This document shows positions 45,467 to 47,108 of a stretch of 47,108 bases of DNA, one piece after another. Both the position numbers and the translations under genes were made by a program. Where the stretch lies: positions 1 to 47,108 of IMG/VR virus record IMGVR_UViG_3300010376_000053; one strand, given 5' to 3'. The stretch is from a virus. Lineage: Duplodnaviria; Caudoviricetes. How positions within the stretch are numbered: the first letter of the stretch is position 1; every line of letters starts with the position of its first letter. Under the pieces are notes generated by a model. That model saw only the letters and a program-made list of their open reading frames with translations. It ran no database searches and was not told the DNA's origin.

Positions 45467-45506
45467 AAAGAAAATGGGGACCACCTTGCGATGGTCCCCA
45501 TCTTTT
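45467..45506. terminator. bidirectional intrinsic terminator
   Basis: ATGGGGACCA/TGGTCCCCAT 10-bp stem flanked by AAAGAAA and CTTTT. Confidence 0.75.
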
Positions 45507-45517
45507 GCTATGCGCTA

Positions 45518-45838
45518 TTACTTGGTCTCTGTGGTAGCGTCCTCCCTGGTCTCGGCCTCAGCAGGCTCCGTGGACTCGGCCTTGATCTTCTCCACATACT
45601 CTGCCAGGTTCTGCGTGTCGGTCTGGAGCAAGGCGTTCGCTAACTCGATGCCCATAGACACCACCATCTCACCGACCTTCCTAACACCTGCGTCAGCACG
45701 TGGGCTATCAGGGTCGAAGTCCAAGGCCTTCATAAGAGCCTTAAACTGTGCCTGGGTCTCGCCTGACATCCTGATATAGGATGAGCCCTTGATCTGCTCC
45801 TTAGCAGGCCTGCCCTCGTTGAACTTTAGATTTGCCAT
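45518..45838 (-). CDS. monocistronic hypothetical protein in the control region
   Basis: AGAGGA SD; MANLKFNEGRP...; has its own terminator. Confidence 0.7.
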   Translation of the reverse strand: MANLKFNEGRPAKEQIKGSSYIRMSGETQAQFKALMKALDFDPDSPRADAGVRKVGEMVVSMGIELANALLQTDTQNLAEYVEKIKAESTEPAEAETREDATTETK

Positions 45839-45960
45839 ATCATCTTCCTCTTTCTGGATGCTATGCATCCTGTTGTGGTTTGCTCGGGCGGTTCTTGCCC
45901 GGCACTGTTGAACGTACCACATGGAGCGCCATCTGTCAAGGGGCACACGAAAATATTTGT

Positions 45961-45976
45961 TGGCACGGAACCTGCT
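45961..45976 (+). promoter_or_regulatory. sigma54-like promoter
   Basis: TGGCAC-GGAAC-CTGCT, GG-N10-GC. Confidence 0.55.
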
Positions 45977-46053
45977 AGGCAATCGCGTACTTGATCAACG
46001 CCTTACGAGCACCCTGGTTGCGCAATGCTCTGCCGCGCCCTGCTGGCAGCCCT

Positions 46054-46136
46054 GGCCGCTGGTCAGGCCGACAGCGCGGCCGCTGGTCAGTTGCTCGAGG
46101 CAGTTCTGCAGCTAGGCAGATGGTCTGGCCGCTGGT
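46054..46136 (+). repeat. three GGCCGCTGGT direct repeats
   Basis: Copies at 46054, 46078, 46127. Confidence 0.75.
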
Positions 46137-46466
46137 TGGATTCGTTGCGCTTCAATTCTTGAACTCGCAACATAGAACAACCACAACTGCCCATTTGTTA
46201 TTGATAACTGTCTGGCATTCTTATGGGCTCTTCTGTGGGGTGCGGCTCCAGCTCGAGCGCTCTCGTGAAATATACTATCCTATTACTTCAAAAAAATATT
46301 AAAAAGAACACATAGTACTATACACAGAGAGGATTCACGAGAGCAACAATCTTAACCATCATCCACACACAGACAAAGCGTGCATAAGAATGCCGAACAA
46401 ATAGCACCAACAAACAGACATACGCGAATTCGTCCACGATGTCAAGTCTCACGGACCCAAAATGCC

Positions 46467-46482
46467 TGGCACCAAACTTGCA
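46467..46482 (+). promoter_or_regulatory. sigma54 promoter heading the early genes
   Basis: TGGCAC-CAAAC-TTGCA, 50 nt before ATG 46532. Confidence 0.75.
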
Positions 46483-46531
46483 TGTACCATCGGTTATAAC
46501 CAGCGTCGCAGACGCCACACAGGAGACCACA

Positions 46532-47035
46532 ATGGCAGACATAGAACGTTTATTCCCACACGTACTCCGACGCAACTACCGACACCGTGCCAGGTTGACC
46601 AAAGCCCTACAGGACCTCGGCGTAACCGACCACCTATTCCCATTTGACTTCTTTCGTCGGCACTGGCGCGACCAACAAAACTACATAGAGCAGATTCTCG
46701 AACTCAAATTCTGCCCCCGCTGCAAACTGCCAGCCCCATATCTCGATGGCATGCTCTGCGTCCCATGTGCAGAGAACAACATGCGAACCTGGCAATCCAC
46801 CATGGCATATCGCGAACGCGCGGCCCATCGCTCCCTCACCGACCGACCAGTTATCGACACAGACATCATGGAGCGATTCCAGGAAGGCAAGGACGACGTC
46901 AAAGCTCAACGAATGGCTCGAGAGTACGGCATATCCGAGGAAGACGCACGCACGATCCTAAACGATCAGAAACCGAAGCCCGAGCCGAAGACATCCGTCG
47001 CCGATATACTCACGAAAGCCCGCAAACCAGCCTAG
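46532..47035 (+). CDS. early protein with zinc finger
   Basis: AGGAG SD; CPRC...CVPC. Confidence 0.75.
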   Translation: MADIERLFPHVLRRNYRHRARLTKALQDLGVTDHLFPFDFFRRHWRDQQNYIEQILELKFCPRCKLPAPYLDGMLCVPCAENNMRTWQSTMAYRERAAHRSLTDRPVIDTDIMERFQEGKDDVKAQRMAREYGISEEDARTILNDQKPKPEPKTSVADILTKARKPA

Positions 47036-47108
47036 GCTGGTGCCTCTCTACGGATTTCAAATCCTTGATCTAACACGCTATAAGGCCAGCGATCGACCCA
47101 CGCGACCC

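Larger units (their letters stand above)
1..47108. mobile_element. Tailed dsDNA bacteriophage genome (podovirus-like, apparently lytic), probably circularly permuted
   Basis: Terminase, portal, major capsid, fibres, ejection proteins, lysin and PolA are present. No tape measure or integrase recognised. Two opposed gene arms; the + strand early genes at the right end continue into the left end. Confidence 0.93.

Noticed and set aside
46054-46136. GCTGGT repeats as Chi sites
   Set aside because: They do not match GCTGGTGG
47035-47108. Direct terminal repeat with the window start
   Set aside because: Only a 6-nt ATCTAA match; circularity is inferred from gene orientation, not demonstrated

Overview
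The window looks like a complete or near-complete ~47 kb podovirus-type dsDNA phage genome, probably circularly permuted. The + strand carries small early genes (46532 to the end, continuing 1-6187) and a replication/recombination module (6271-14961): PD-(D/E)XK exonuclease, Sak4-like ATPase, SSB-like protein, ParB-DNA methyltransferase fusion, UDG-PolA fusion, a stand-alone sigma70 region-4 protein and a DUF3987-like ATPase. The - strand carries one long late operon (44973 to 14990): lysis genes, tiny basic and acidic proteins, terminase, portal, scaffold, capsid, several fibres, tail tube proteins, two GNATs, a 2OG-Fe(II) oxygenase and ejection proteins. I recognised no integrase, RNA polymerase, primase, tRNA or CRISPR array. 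The main observation is that each of the three transcription units is headed by a near-perfect sigma54 (-24/-12) promoter, TGGCAC-N5-TTGCA. Two more copies and a phased TAT(A/G)GCA repeat array lie in the 45.0-46.5 kb control region, yet I see no phage-encoded GAFTGA enhancer-binding activator. All family assignments come from motif recognition by eye; no database searches were run.
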